DNA of 63,146 nucleotides, filler included, from Malassezia furfur (lineage: Eukaryota), in assembly GCA_052055015.1 (NCBI GenBank). It is 12 parts of 12 records of this genome, joined end to end, with 100 filler letters (N's around TTAATTAATTAA, not from the genome) between each part and the next. Parts side by side here need not be neighbours in the genome. Positions count along the whole stretch, not along the records: positions 42,408 to 47,536 come from JBQJIT010000626.1; positions 47,637 to 52,753 come from JBQJIT010000627.1; positions 52,854 to 57,957 come from JBQJIT010000628.1; 9 more parts are not named here. The stretch is one strand, 5' to 3'. The translations under genes were made by a program, and so were the position numbers. Under the pieces are notes generated by a model. The model was not told where the DNA came from. It was given only the letters and a program-made list of their open reading frames with translations, and did not search any database. This document shows, in pieces, positions 45,345-55,506 of this stretch; positions within the stretch are counted from its first letter, which is position 1, and each line of letters begins with the position of its first letter.

Positions 45345-46391
45345 TTAGTGCGCATCCGACCAGTGCTCCGCCTGCACGTGCAGACGCTGCGGCGCCGCAC
45401 CGACGTACAGCGCGGAAAACGTGTACGCGAGCGTGTGGTGCGCGCGGCCCCACACGCGCCGCCGCTCGTAGCGCGTCGCGACCTCGAGCGCGCTCTGGCG
45501 CCCGCCGTACGCGCGGCTGATGCCCGTGTCGATCACATAGACCCCGCCGTCGCAGCGCACCTGGAACCCCTGCAGCGAGGGCGTATGGCCCATCACCATG
45601 TACTGCACGCCGAGCGCGTGCATCGCCTCGCGCGCCGTCGCACACGCCGCCGCCGCGCGGTCTACGGCGTACCCGCGGTACCAGAACGGGCCGTCGGCGC
45701 TCCACAGCGCCGCCTCGGCCTGCGTCGTATTCGTCGGCAGCCCGCCGCGCGCGTCGGGCTCCGCGAGCGCTTTCTGCAGGAGCGTGTGGCCCAGCGCGTT
45801 GATCTCGTCCACGCCGCGCTTCGCCCACGCGGGCGTGATGCCGCCGTGCACGAACGACGCCTGGACGGCCTTCGGCAGCGCACCTTCGAGGCCCGCCGGC
45901 AGCGGCAGCTCGACGGTCGCCGTGACGTTGTACGTGTCGAGCCACGCCGCGCCGACCCACCCGTCGATCGACATGGCGTGGCGCCGCGCCGCCGCGCCGC
46001 CGAACGAGCGCACGTCGCCGGGCGTGACGTAGCGCCAGTCGTGCAAAGCGTTCATCATCTCGTGGTTGCCGAGCAGGTTGACGACGCGCCCGCCGGCGGC
46101 CGCGCTCTGCTTCTGCAGCGACAGGTACAGCTCGTACAGCTGGATCGTGTCGTCGCCGCGGTCCACCGAGTCGCCCGTGCTTACGAGGACGGTGTCGCCG
46201 GCGACCCAGTCGGTCGAGTCGGGTGCGAGGATGTGCGCGTTGCGCAGCACCGCGAGTGCGTGTGCGTAGTCGCCGTGCAGGTCGGCGACGGCCACGAGCC
46301 GCCGCTCGTGCACCTCGGTGTGCGGCGCAAGCAGCACATACGCGCCGAGCAGTGCGACGAGCAGCAGCCCCACGCGGCGCCTCCACGACAT
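45345..46391 (-). CDS. Calcineurin-like metallophosphoesterase, Shewanella-like phosphatase (SLP/SHLP) type, with N-terminal signal anchor
   Basis: [45 protein letters not shown]. Confidence 0.82.
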   Translation of the reverse strand: MSWRRRVGLLLVALLGAYVLLAPHTEVHERRLVAVADLHGDYAHALAVLRNAHILAPDSTDWVAGDTVLVSTGDSVDRGDDTIQLYELYLSLQKQSAAAGGRVVNLLGNHEMMNALHDWRYVTPGDVRSFGGAAARRHAMSIDGWVGAAWLDTYNVTATVELPLPAGLEGALPKAVQASFVHGGITPAWAKRGVDEINALGHTLLQKALAEPDARGGLPTNTTQAEAALWSADGPFWYRGYAVDRAAAACATAREAMHALGVQYMVMGHTPSLQGFQVRCDGGVYVIDTGISRAYGGRQSALEVATRYERRRVWGRAHHTLAYTFSALYVGAAPQRLHVQAEHWSDAH

Positions 46392-46435
46392 GGCCCAAGC
46401 GGAGGAAGATCGCGTACACACCTCCATACACCACG

Positions 46436-46761
46436 ATGGCCGGCGCCGCGACGATTCTGCCGCTCGAGCTCGTGGACCGCTGCATCGGCAGCAACATCTG
46501 GGTCGTGATGAAGACGCAGCGCGAGTTCGTCGGCAAGCTGCTGGGCTTTGACGACTACGTCAGTACGTATTCCCGCTAACCAAGACATGGTCCTCGAGGA
46601 CGTCACGGAATAGTACGCATCCCAACTCACGCAGCGAAGCGACGCCGCAGGGGTACAAGAAGAACAAGCTGAGCAAGACGCTGCTCAACGGGAACAACAT
46701 CTGTGCGGTACGTGGCGTGCTTACGCAGTTGATTCCGGGCGGCGCGGGACCCGAGGCATAG
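46436..46761 (+). CDS. LSM5: U6 snRNA-associated Sm-like protein Lsm5, 4 exons
   Basis: [19 protein letters not shown]...[19 protein letters not shown]...[14 protein letters not shown]; introns 46563-46584 (22), 46613-46634 (22) and 46708-46728 (21). Confidence 0.95.
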
Positions 46762-47072
46762 ACGCGCATCGCGCAGGCTCCCGAGGCGGCAGACGCGTAA
46801 TGTATCCATAGGATGGAGCTTAAGACCGGCGCAGGGCGCCGGGCGGCGCACCCGCACCTAGTTCCAGGCAGAGTCGCGCTGCATATCGGCCTGGCGGGCG
46901 AGGCAGTGCGGGTGAGGGCATGCAGCGAAGGGCCAAAAGGTCAAGCGCCAAGCGGCGGCCCTTGCAAGGTTGGGCTTGGCACGTAGTCACGACGTTGTGG
47001 GGGCGCCAAGTCTTGCCCTGGAAAACGCTGCGCGATGGCCGTTTGCTCCTGTGCTCCTCGGTGTCTGCCTGG

Positions 47073-47280
47073 GTGGGTTTCCCTGGGACGGCTGCAATGG
47101 CTCCGGGGGGAGTTACTCTGGGACTGCTATGGCTCGTGTGGGTGTTGCTCTGGGACGGCTGCTATGGCTCGTGTGGGGGTTTCCCTGGGACGGCTGCTAT
47201 AGCACCTGTGGGAATTTCCGTGGGACGGCTGCTATAGCTCCAGTGGGAGTTTCCCTGGGACGGTTCCTATGGCTCGAGGG
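47073..47280. repeat. Degenerate tandem minisatellite, about 35-nt unit, about 6 copies
   Basis: Consensus approximately gtgggagtttccctgggacggctgctatggctcgt. Confidence 0.85.
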
Positions 47281-47810
47281 TCTGTCGTGGTGGTTTCCGG
47301 GGGAACGGCCCCGACGGTTCCGAGGGCCCCTCCCGCATAGCTGCCTAGCGGCCCGCTCGTAGTGTCTCTAGCGGCCACTCGACGACCTCCCTGACAGCCT
47401 CCTGCGCGGCGACTCCCTTGGACCTTGCGCCGCGCAGCCTCCTGGGGGGCGACCCCTTGGACCTTGTCCTTGGACCTTGCGCCACGCAGCCCGCGCCACG
47501 CAGCCCCACACGGCCTCGCCTACCACCCTGACCCCCNNNNNNNNNNNNNNNNNNNNNNNNNNNNNNNNNNNNNNNNNNNNTTAATTAATTAANNNNNNNN
47601 NNNNNNNNNNNNNNNNNNNNNNNNNNNNNNNNNNNNGTGCCGACGCTCCCCGCCGAGCGGCAGACGGCGCTCCTGCACGACGTCGCGAAGCAGGTGCCGA
47701 TCCCCGCGCCCGGCGCGCCGCGCGCCTCTGGCAGGCGGTCCCGCGACATGATGTTCGGAAGCCGGCGCGCACGCTTCGACGCTGACTAATCTCTCCCACC
47801 GCACGCCGGC

Positions 47811-49103
47811 ATGGCCAAAGACGAGGCGCAGGGCAGCGGCGCCGCGCCGCCCAAGGAGGGCGGCGGCATTGATCTGAATCCGCACATCCCGGCATTTATG
47901 GTCAAGGCGCCATGGTACATGGACACGGGCAAGACGGATGCGTCGCTCGTGTACCAGCGCAAGCCGGGCGCCGACAAGCACGAGGCGGGCCTCGACGACT
48001 GGTACCAGCGCGGCGCCACCGCGGGCCAGGCGACGCGCTACCGCAAAGGCGCATGCGAGAACTGCGGCGCGATGTCGCACAAGACGCGCGACTGCATGGA
48101 GCGCCCACGCAAGCGCGGCGCCAAGTGGGCGGGCAAGGACATCCGCCCCGACGAGGTCGTCCAGACGATCGACAAAGACTTTAGCTTTGACGCGAAGCGC
48201 GACCGGTGGAACGGGTACGACCCCGCGATGCACCGCGAGGTGGTGCGCAAGCACGAGGCGATCGAGGAGGAGCGCCGCCGGCTGCGCGAGGCCGAAATCG
48301 ACCAGCAGGCCTCCACCGGCCTGAGCGCCGCGAAAAAGATCGCCAAGCAGGACAAGAAGCACGCGCGCGCGTCCGACGACGACTTTGACAGCAGCAGCAG
48401 CGACGACGACGACGACGACAAGTACGCCGAGAAGGCCAGCATGGTTGGCCAGGCGCGCGACGGCGACCAACGCATGACGGTGCGCAACCTGCGCATACGC
48501 GAAGACCGCGCCAAGTACCTGTACGACCTGAGCCTCGACTCGGCAGAGTACGACCCCAAGACGCGCTCGATGCGTGCCGCGCCGCTCGGCAACGGCACCG
48601 CGCAGCCCGACGATGCGTTCGAGCGGAGCCAGCGCGACGAGGTCGACCTGCAGAAGCTGCAGCTGTTTGCGTGGCAGTCCGAGGCGCGCGGCAGTGCGGC
48701 GCACCTGCAGGCGAACCCCACGGTGAACGAGCTGCAGTTCAAGGAGTACCAGCAGAAGAAGGAGCAGCACCTCGAAGAGACGCGCACGAGCCTCTTGGAA
48801 CGCTACGGCGGCGCCGAGCACCTCAAGGCGCCGCCGCGCGAGCTGCTCGCGGGCCAGACGGAGCACTACGCCGAGTACAGCCCGTCTGGTGAGGTGATCC
48901 GCGGGCAGCCGCGCGCGACGCCGCGCTCACGCTACGGGGAGGACGTGTACGACACGAACCACACCGCGGTGTGGGGCTCCTTCTACGACCTCGCGACGGG
49001 TGCGTGGGGCTACCAGTGCTGCCACAACACCGTGTACCGCTCCTACTGCACGGGCCAGGCCGGCATCGAGGCCGCACGCACCTCGGCGCCCGCACAGACG
49101 TAG
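47811..49103 (+). CDS. SLU7: Pre-mRNA splicing factor Slu7
   Basis: NPHIPAFMVKAPWY, zinc knuckle CENCGAMSHKTRDC, DAKRDRWNGYD, RNLRIREDRAKYL, WGYQCCH. Confidence 0.96.
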   Translation: MAKDEAQGSGAAPPKEGGGIDLNPHIPAFMVKAPWYMDTGKTDASLVYQRKPGADKHEAGLDDWYQRGATAGQATRYRKGACENCGAMSHKTRDCMERPRKRGAKWAGKDIRPDEVVQTIDKDFSFDAKRDRWNGYDPAMHREVVRKHEAIEEERRRLREAEIDQQASTGLSAAKKIAKQDKKHARASDDDFDSSSSDDDDDDKYAEKASMVGQARDGDQRMTVRNLRIREDRAKYLYDLSLDSAEYDPKTRSMRAAPLGNGTAQPDDAFERSQRDEVDLQKLQLFAWQSEARGSAAHLQANPTVNELQFKEYQQKKEQHLEETRTSLLERYGGAEHLKAPPRELLAGQTEHYAEYSPSGEVIRGQPRATPRSRYGEDVYDTNHTAVWGSFYDLATGAWGYQCCHNTVYRSYCTGQAGIEAARTSAPAQT

Positions 49104-49120
49104 ACGATACCCTGTACATG

Positions 49121-49952
49121 TTAGTTTTGCAGCCGCTTGTGTGCATCGCTCGCGATGCGCTCGACCTGCGCGGTGTGCGCCTTGATGAGGTCCTCGAGGC
49201 GCTTCCCTTCCTTCTGCGAGGTGTTTTTGCTGATCACCTTGTTGTCCAGGTCGTGCTTGAGCTGTTTCTGTGCCGTGTGCCGCTCGCTGCGGAGCGCGAT
49301 CTTGGCGTGCTCGCACGCCTGGGAGCACTTGTGCAGCAGCTGCTGCCGCGTCTCACCCGTGGGCCTGCGTCAGCGGGCAACGTACTTGGGCACCGGGACC
49401 ACCAGCACGCCCTCGCCCTCCTCGGGCGCAAGGCGCGGCGTCAGGTCGAGCTTGGCGGCATAGATGCCACGCTCAATGTGCTTAATCGACTGCATCAGCA
49501 AGCACACGCACACTCTCGTCGTATGCCGTGATGACCAGGCAGTTGTCGCGCACGCCGACCGTCGCGTAGTCGTGCAGCGGCGTGGGCTTGGCGTCCTTGC
49601 CGTACTGCACACGGACCGGGTCCAGGAGCGCTGGGTCAGCATGCAACGTACACGCATCGACGCGGCCCAGCGAGCCGACCAAGCCCTGCACGGCCTCGGC
49701 GCACCGGGCCACCGTCTTGGTCATCTTGTCGTTCAGCGCGTCGAGGTCCAGCTGGCCTTCGACGTCCGCGGGGGGCTCCGCTGCGCCCTTGTCGCCGCCC
49801 TTTTTCTTCTTGGCGACCACCGCGGAGGTCGTGAGGGGGCGGGGCATGGGCGCGGCCAGTGCGGCGGTGCGTGCGGCCGCGAGGCTGGGCAGCGCGCGTC
49901 GCGGCGCCGTCCACGCCGAGCGTGCGAAGCGCGGTGCGAAGCGGGTGAGCAT
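49121..49952 (-). CDS. RRF1: Mitochondrial ribosome recycling factor, 4 exons
   Basis: Presequence, then GRVDASLLDPVRV...ATVGVRD...SIKHIERGIYAAKLDLTP...VPVPKPTGETRQQL; introns 49631-49651 (21), 49490-49511 (22) and 49365-49385 (21). Confidence 0.85.
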
Positions 49953-50113
49953 CGTGGTGACAGGGCCTCCACCTGCCGCGCCTCCCCCAAAAAGGGCCAA
50001 TTCGGCCAAGACGCGCGAGGCCGCTCGTCCGGCCCCCTGCGCACATCCGGATCACCAGAGCCAGCTCCGATCTACCTCCTACATGGACGAGCGATGGGTA
50101 TAGCAGACATAGG

Positions 50114-50783
50114 TCAATCGTACTCCTCGTCCTCCTCGAGCGCACGCTTCGTGCCCTGCGCGCTGTCCTTGGGCTGGGCTTCCTCCATGGTGGTATCGGC
50201 GCCTGCATCGTGCGTGGCGCCCGAGGACGTGGCGCGCGTGCCAGCGTCGGGCGGCGGCATGATCGAGTCGCCAAACTGCGTCTCGGGGGCGTTCGGCACG
50301 ATCGAGAAGTTGACGTTCATCAGGCAGTGCTCCGGCGGGGGCAGGCGGATCCCGTGGCGGTTCGACACGGGCGGCAGCGACACGCTGTTGAGCGACGATG
50401 CGAGCGAGAGGAGCATCTGTGTGAGCGGGGCGCCACGGAGCCCGACGTACCTCCTTGGGCGGCGGCTGCGAAAAGCTGTAGTTGACACGGCTCTGGATCG
50501 CGAGCTGGACGTCATCGATCGACACGTTGCTCCCCCCCTGCCGCGAGGCGGCGTGGTCCGCGTAGACGAGCGCGTCTTGGAGCACCTGGCTGGTGTACCC
50601 TGTGTGAGCCTTGCGGGACGTACGGTGCGCAAACTCCATGAGCTGCACGAGCACCGCCGGCTCGGTGTCCTCGATGCCCATACTCGCCAGGATCAGCGCG
50701 ATGAGCCGTGCGTCGCGCGGCACGGGCGTGGACGCAGGCGCGTTGTTCGGCGCCGGGCGCGTCTCCGTCTTGCTCGTGGACAT
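50114..50783 (-). CDS. TAF9: TFIID/SAGA subunit Taf9, 3 exons
   Basis: PRDARLIALILASMGI...QLMEFAHRYTSQVLQDALVYADHA...PPPKEMLLSLA...GIRLPPPEHCL; introns 50600-50623 and 50417-50450. Confidence 0.94.
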
Positions 50784-50845
50784 CGCTGGACGACGCGGTG
50801 GGCGCGGGCGGCGTTACGTCCACAACGGCTTAATTCCCCTACGGT

Positions 50846-52698
50846 CTAGTGCACGAGGTAGTTGTCGGTGCCGAGCTGCGCGTGCGCGGCAAACGCGACG
50901 GGCTCGGCGGTGTCGGTGGCGCGCACGTCGGTGATGTGCACGCCCGAGAGCACGCGCGATGCGGTGAACTCGACCGAGACCGGGAAGAAGACATCGACGT
51001 TGTCGGCGCCGTACGGCACGACCAGCTCCAAGCTCGCGCTGGGGTTCAGCGCCGAGATGCTCGCCAGGCGCCACACGACGCGGTTCGCCTGTGCGTCGTA
51101 CGCAAACGAGCCGTCCTCGGGGTCGGTCACCTCGGGCGCTACGCCTTCCGGCACGGGGATCACGATCGACACCGTGTCCAGCTCCAAGGCGGTGTGTTCC
51201 AGTTCGTACTCCACATTCACCTCGCAGCCGCCGTCGCCCGTCGGGCTGAGCCACACGGTGATGCCGAGCGGCTTCTGCGACTCGTCCTTGGTGATCGCGC
51301 GCCAGCGCAGCACGCCCACCTGCTGGTTCAGCGGGAAGGGCCGCTTGGGGTCGCGCAGCGCAATGCGCCGCTCGGCGCCCCACACCTGCTTGTCGACGTG
51401 GGGGTGCGTGCGGTACTGAATCTCGGCGCCGCCAAACTGGTCCATCGCCGCGACGCCGATCGAGAGGCGCGCGCGCGCAGGGTCGACGATCTTGAGCAGC
51501 AGGTCGCCCTTGATCTCCATCGAGTCGAGACCGCCGTCGCGGTTGCCCGTGAACGAGACGCGCTCTTTCGCGAGCAGCTCGACGCCCGACGCCGCGGGGG
51601 CAGCAGCCGCGGCGGCAGGGGCAGACGCGGGGGTCGTCGCAGGCACAGCGGGCGCCGGAGCGGCGGCAGGAGCGGGCGCAGGCACGACAGGCTCTGCGAC
51701 GGGCTCTGGCGCAACGGAGCGCTCGGCAACGGGCTCAGAGACAGGCGCCGCAGGCTCAGGCACATGCTCGGGCTCGGGCACAGGCGCTGCGGGCTCGGGC
51801 ACAGGCGCAGGCTCAGAGACAAGCGCCGCGGGCTCAGGCACAGGCGCAGGCTCAGGCACCGCGGGCACATCGTCGCCCAGCAGGTCCTCGACAGGCGCGC
51901 GCTGTGCAGGCGCCGTCGCCGGCTCGGACTCGTGCGCCGAGGTGCCTAGCAGGTCGTCGTAGCCGTGCGTCGGGGCCGGCGCTGCATCGCCCAACAGGTC
52001 CGCATGTGCGTCCGAGGTCGGCACCGCCGACGCCCATGCATCCTGCGAGGTGTCGGCGCCGAACAGCTGCTGGGCGTCGTCGGTGGACGGCGCCGGCTGC
52101 TGTGCCTGCGCCGCAAACGGATCGGCGGCCGAGGCGTAGGGGTCCTCGGCGGCAGTCTGGGCGTAGGGGTCTTCGGCGGCAGTCTGGGCGTAGGGGTCCT
52201 CGGCACCCGTCGAAGCGTAGGGGTCCTCGGCGCCAGTCTGGGCATAGGGGTCTTCGGCAGACTGGGCGTAGGGGTCCTCGGCAGACTGGGCGTAGGGGTC
52301 CTCGGCGCCAGTAGTACCATAGGGGTCCTCGGTAGCCTGGGCGTACGGGTCCTCGGCCGCCGTCGGCGCGTACGGATCAAAGGCGTCCGTCGGTGCATAC
52401 GGGTCGTGGGCGTCCGTCGAAGCGTACGGGTCATGGGCCTCGACGTCCTGGGCGTACGGGTCGTGAGCCTCGCCGCCCTGGGCGTACGGGTCGCGCGTCT
52501 CGAGGTCCTGGGCGTACGGGTCAAACGCATCGCCCGCAGTGTGTGCGTCGGCGTCGGGCGCATACGTCTCTGCCTCGGGGGCATCGTGCGCCTCTGGCTC
52601 GGCCACAGGCTCAGCGACGGGCTCCGCGACGGGCTCCGGCTCAGCGGCAGGCGCCGGCGCCTCCTCGTAGCCCCACGCGCCCTCGTCCAGCGCAGACG
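50846..52698 (-). CDS. RET2: Coatomer delta subunit, C-terminal part (repeat-rich linker + mu-homology domain), 5'-truncated
   Basis: ERVSFTGNRDGGLDSMEIKGDLLL, QYRTHPHVDK, PFPLNQQVGVLRWR, EVNVEYEL, FFPVSVEF. Confidence 0.85.
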
Positions 52699-52853
52699 GC
52701 GCTTCAGGTGCACCACGAGGATCGGCGGCAGGCGCGACAGGCTCAGCCGCTTCNNNNNNNNNNNNNNNNNNNNNNNNNNNNNNNNNNNNNNNNNNNNTTA
52801 ATTAATTAANNNNNNNNNNNNNNNNNNNNNNNNNNNNNNNNNNNNNNNNNNNN

Positions 52854-53090
52854 GGCGAGCAGTTCTGGAAGATGGAAGAGTGCTATATCAAGGGCAGCAC
52901 GGTAGGTCTGCATGCGCTCACACAGATCAAGTACTGCCGCGTCGCGGACGCACTCATCGATGCCGTGCGCGAGTCCGAAGAACACGCACGCAAGCAGCGC
53001 CAGGCCGCCGCGGGGCACAACCGCGACGGGCGCGGGCGCGGCGATGCACACCGGGGACGGGGGCGCGGCGCGCGCGCACAGCGTGCCTAA
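52854..53090 (+). CDS. LSM4: Sm-like protein Lsm4, C-terminal fragment
   Basis: GEQFWKMEECYIKGST | 24-nt intron 52902-52925 | IKYCRV..., then an RG-rich tail. Confidence 0.85.
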   Translation, partial: GEQFWKMEECYIKGSTVGLHALTQIKYCRVADALIDAVRESEEHARKQRQAAAGHNRDGRGRGDAHRGRGRGARAQRA

Positions 53091-53098
53091 ATAGGTGT

Positions 53099-53605
53099 CT
53101 ACAGCTCCTTGTGCATAGCCTTGCTCGCCGTGATGCGTGGGCCCTGGATGTCGAGCAGCTCGACGTCGAACACGAGCGACGCGTCCGGCGGGATGACGCT
53201 CCCGGCGCCCGCGGGACCGTATGCAAAGTGCGGCGGGAGCAGCAGACGGCGCTTCTCGCCAATGCACATCTCGCGCAGGCCTTCGTCCCAGCCGCGGATC
53301 ACCTGGCCGATGCCCAGCGTAAAGGACTGCATTAGCACCGCACATACACGCGCGCATACGTACAAACGGCTGGCCCCGGTCGAGCGACGAGTCAAACTTG
53401 GTGCCGTCCCACAGCTTGCCGGTGTAATGCCTTTGGGTGAGTCCGGCGGTACCTACATCACCAACTCGTCGCCACGCTGCGAGCGGAACTCGCACTTCTC
53501 CGGCTTAAACTTGGTCCCGATCTGCATCATCTTCGGCGGTTCCTTGGCCGCGACGCCGGCAAGTCCGGCGCACGCCAGCGCAGTCCACAGCAGGCCGAAT
53601 CGCAT
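53099..53605 (-). CDS. FPR2: ER FKBP-type peptidyl-prolyl isomerase (FKBP2/Fpr2), 3 exons
   Basis: Signal peptide; [40 protein letters not shown]; introns 53431-53456 and 53327-53363; ends HKEL. Confidence 0.92.
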
Positions 53606-53650
53606 CGTAAGCAGAGGAAGTGGGGGGAGGGTCGTGGGGCAAGTGGAGGT

Positions 53651-55463
53651 CTATGGTCGGAGCTCCGCACCGAGGCGCGCCTCGAGCTGGCCCAACTCCA
53701 GCGGAAGGCGCACTCCGGTGCTCGCGAGCGTCTGGTGCTGCGGGAAAAAGGCCAGTAGGTGGCTGGGTGCGCGGAGCACGAGCTGCGCAACCAGGCTCGG
53801 CCCACGGTAGATCAGCACGGTGCCCCCGCACGCCGGGTCCGCTCCGCCCTCGCTGGCAAGGTCCAACAGCGACACGAGCCACGTCCGCACATCGGCCAGC
53901 ATCTCGTATGGCTTCCACACGTACGTAGCGTCCGTATGCGCATCCACGACACGGTCCAGCACCGCACGGAGCCGCGAAAGGTACTGCGTCAGCACAATGA
54001 CGTACCAGGGTATATTGGTACAAGCGCCACAGCGGCGCCATTAGGTCCGCCCGCGGCGGCGCAGGACGCGCGTTGATGCGCGCGCGGCGCTGTGCATCCA
54101 TACGCTGCGTCCAGCTGCGCAGCATCCGCAGCCGAAGCACGGCGAGCAGCAGCGACGCGTGCGGGGAAGCCTCGGCCTCGGTCTCCACCGCGTCCTGCGG
54201 CACGAGCGCAATCTCCAGCTCCAGGCCAGATGAGAGCGGCAGTGTGATGCTCGACTCGCTCACGACGCGGGCCAGCACGGGCGAGAGGGTACCCGAGTGG
54301 GCCGCGAGGTCGTGGAAGAGCTGCGAGTCGACGGCGTCGCGCTGGGCGTCACACAGCTGCGCGTCCAGCGACGCGTCGGCATCGGGCACACGCGCGCTGC
54401 TCACCCACCGCTTGCTGCCGTCGGTCGTCTGGAATGTGACGCGCAGCTGACGCCACGCACGGTCCGGGAAAGCGAGGCGTGCGCTGTGGTCGTCGCCCGC
54501 CTCGGCCCAGTACGCCAGCGTGCGCTGGAGAAGCGAGATGGGCGCCTCGGCGGGGCCGTACCCGATCCACGCATCGCGCGCGCCCTCCTCATTGAGCGCG
54601 CCGCTGCCCTGGAGCACGGGGGTGCCGAACCCATCGAGGACGTTGGCGCGGCGGCCAGCCATGTCGAAGCGCTCCATGTCCACGAGCGGGCGCCCCGGCG
54701 TGAGTTTCCAGCCGCGCTTCTGGATCGCACTCAGTGCCGACCAGCGCGCACGTTCCGGCGCGGCGCTCTTGCGCAGCTCTGCGGCGCCGCTCGCGAGAAT
54801 GTCGGCGCAGCGGCGCAGCGACTGCTCCTTTTGCTCCAAGAGGAGCTTGCGCTCGTGCAGCGGTGCGGCGGCTGTGGTCGACTCCGGCTCCGTGTCCTCC
54901 TGCGGCTTGGCAAGCGCGCTGAGCGACACGGTCTGCGGCTCGAGAAAGTACTCGGGCTGGGCCGCCAGCACGGTGGACAGGTCGCTGCCCGGCGCGACCT
55001 GGGCGCGCGCGTTGTGGATGAGCATGCCGAGCAAGTTCTGTGCCTGCTCGGCGTTGAACAGGGCCATCTCGAGCTGGTGCAGCATACGGTCGCGCAGCGG
55101 GAAAAACTCCGACTCGGCAATCGTCCCTGCCTGGATCGGCACGGCGGTCGGCGAGGGCGACGCCTCGCGGCGCAACGCACGCAGCTGCTCGAGCGCGCTC
55201 AGTTCTGTCTTCTCCTCGGGCACCAGGTCCGCCGCGTGCACTGCCGAAAAGTCGCCGCGCTCGGCCCACATCTGCAGCCGGACCTGCCGCTGCGCCTCGA
55301 GCGGCGTCTGCTTTTCCGCGTGCACGGGCACGCCACTCGCAAGGATGTCGAGCAATTCTGCCTCACGCAGCAGCAGCGTATCCTGCGCATCCTGTGTGTC
55401 GTCGGCGAGCGGCGCATGGAGCACGCGCTCCAGCGCGAGGCGCACGCGCGACGACGCGGCCAT
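53651..55463 (-). CDS. MED17: Mediator subunit Med17 (Srb4)-like, 2 exons
   Basis: RVRLALE...LQMWAERGDFS...RDRMLHQLEMALFNAEQAQNLLGMLI...AADILASGAAEL...ERARWSAL; 22-nt intron 53984-54005. Confidence 0.72.
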
Positions 55464-55506
55464 GGTCGAGAACCGTGCGCCGTGCACGTGATGTGTGACT
55501 CTTCTA

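Noticed and set aside
47073..47280. 35-nt repeats as a possible CRISPR array
   Set aside because: Units are contiguous and degenerate with no unique spacers, there are no cas genes, and the genome is eukaryotic.
47637..47750. Possible 5' end of a minus-strand gene divergent from SLU7
   Set aside because: It is too short and has no recognisable motif.
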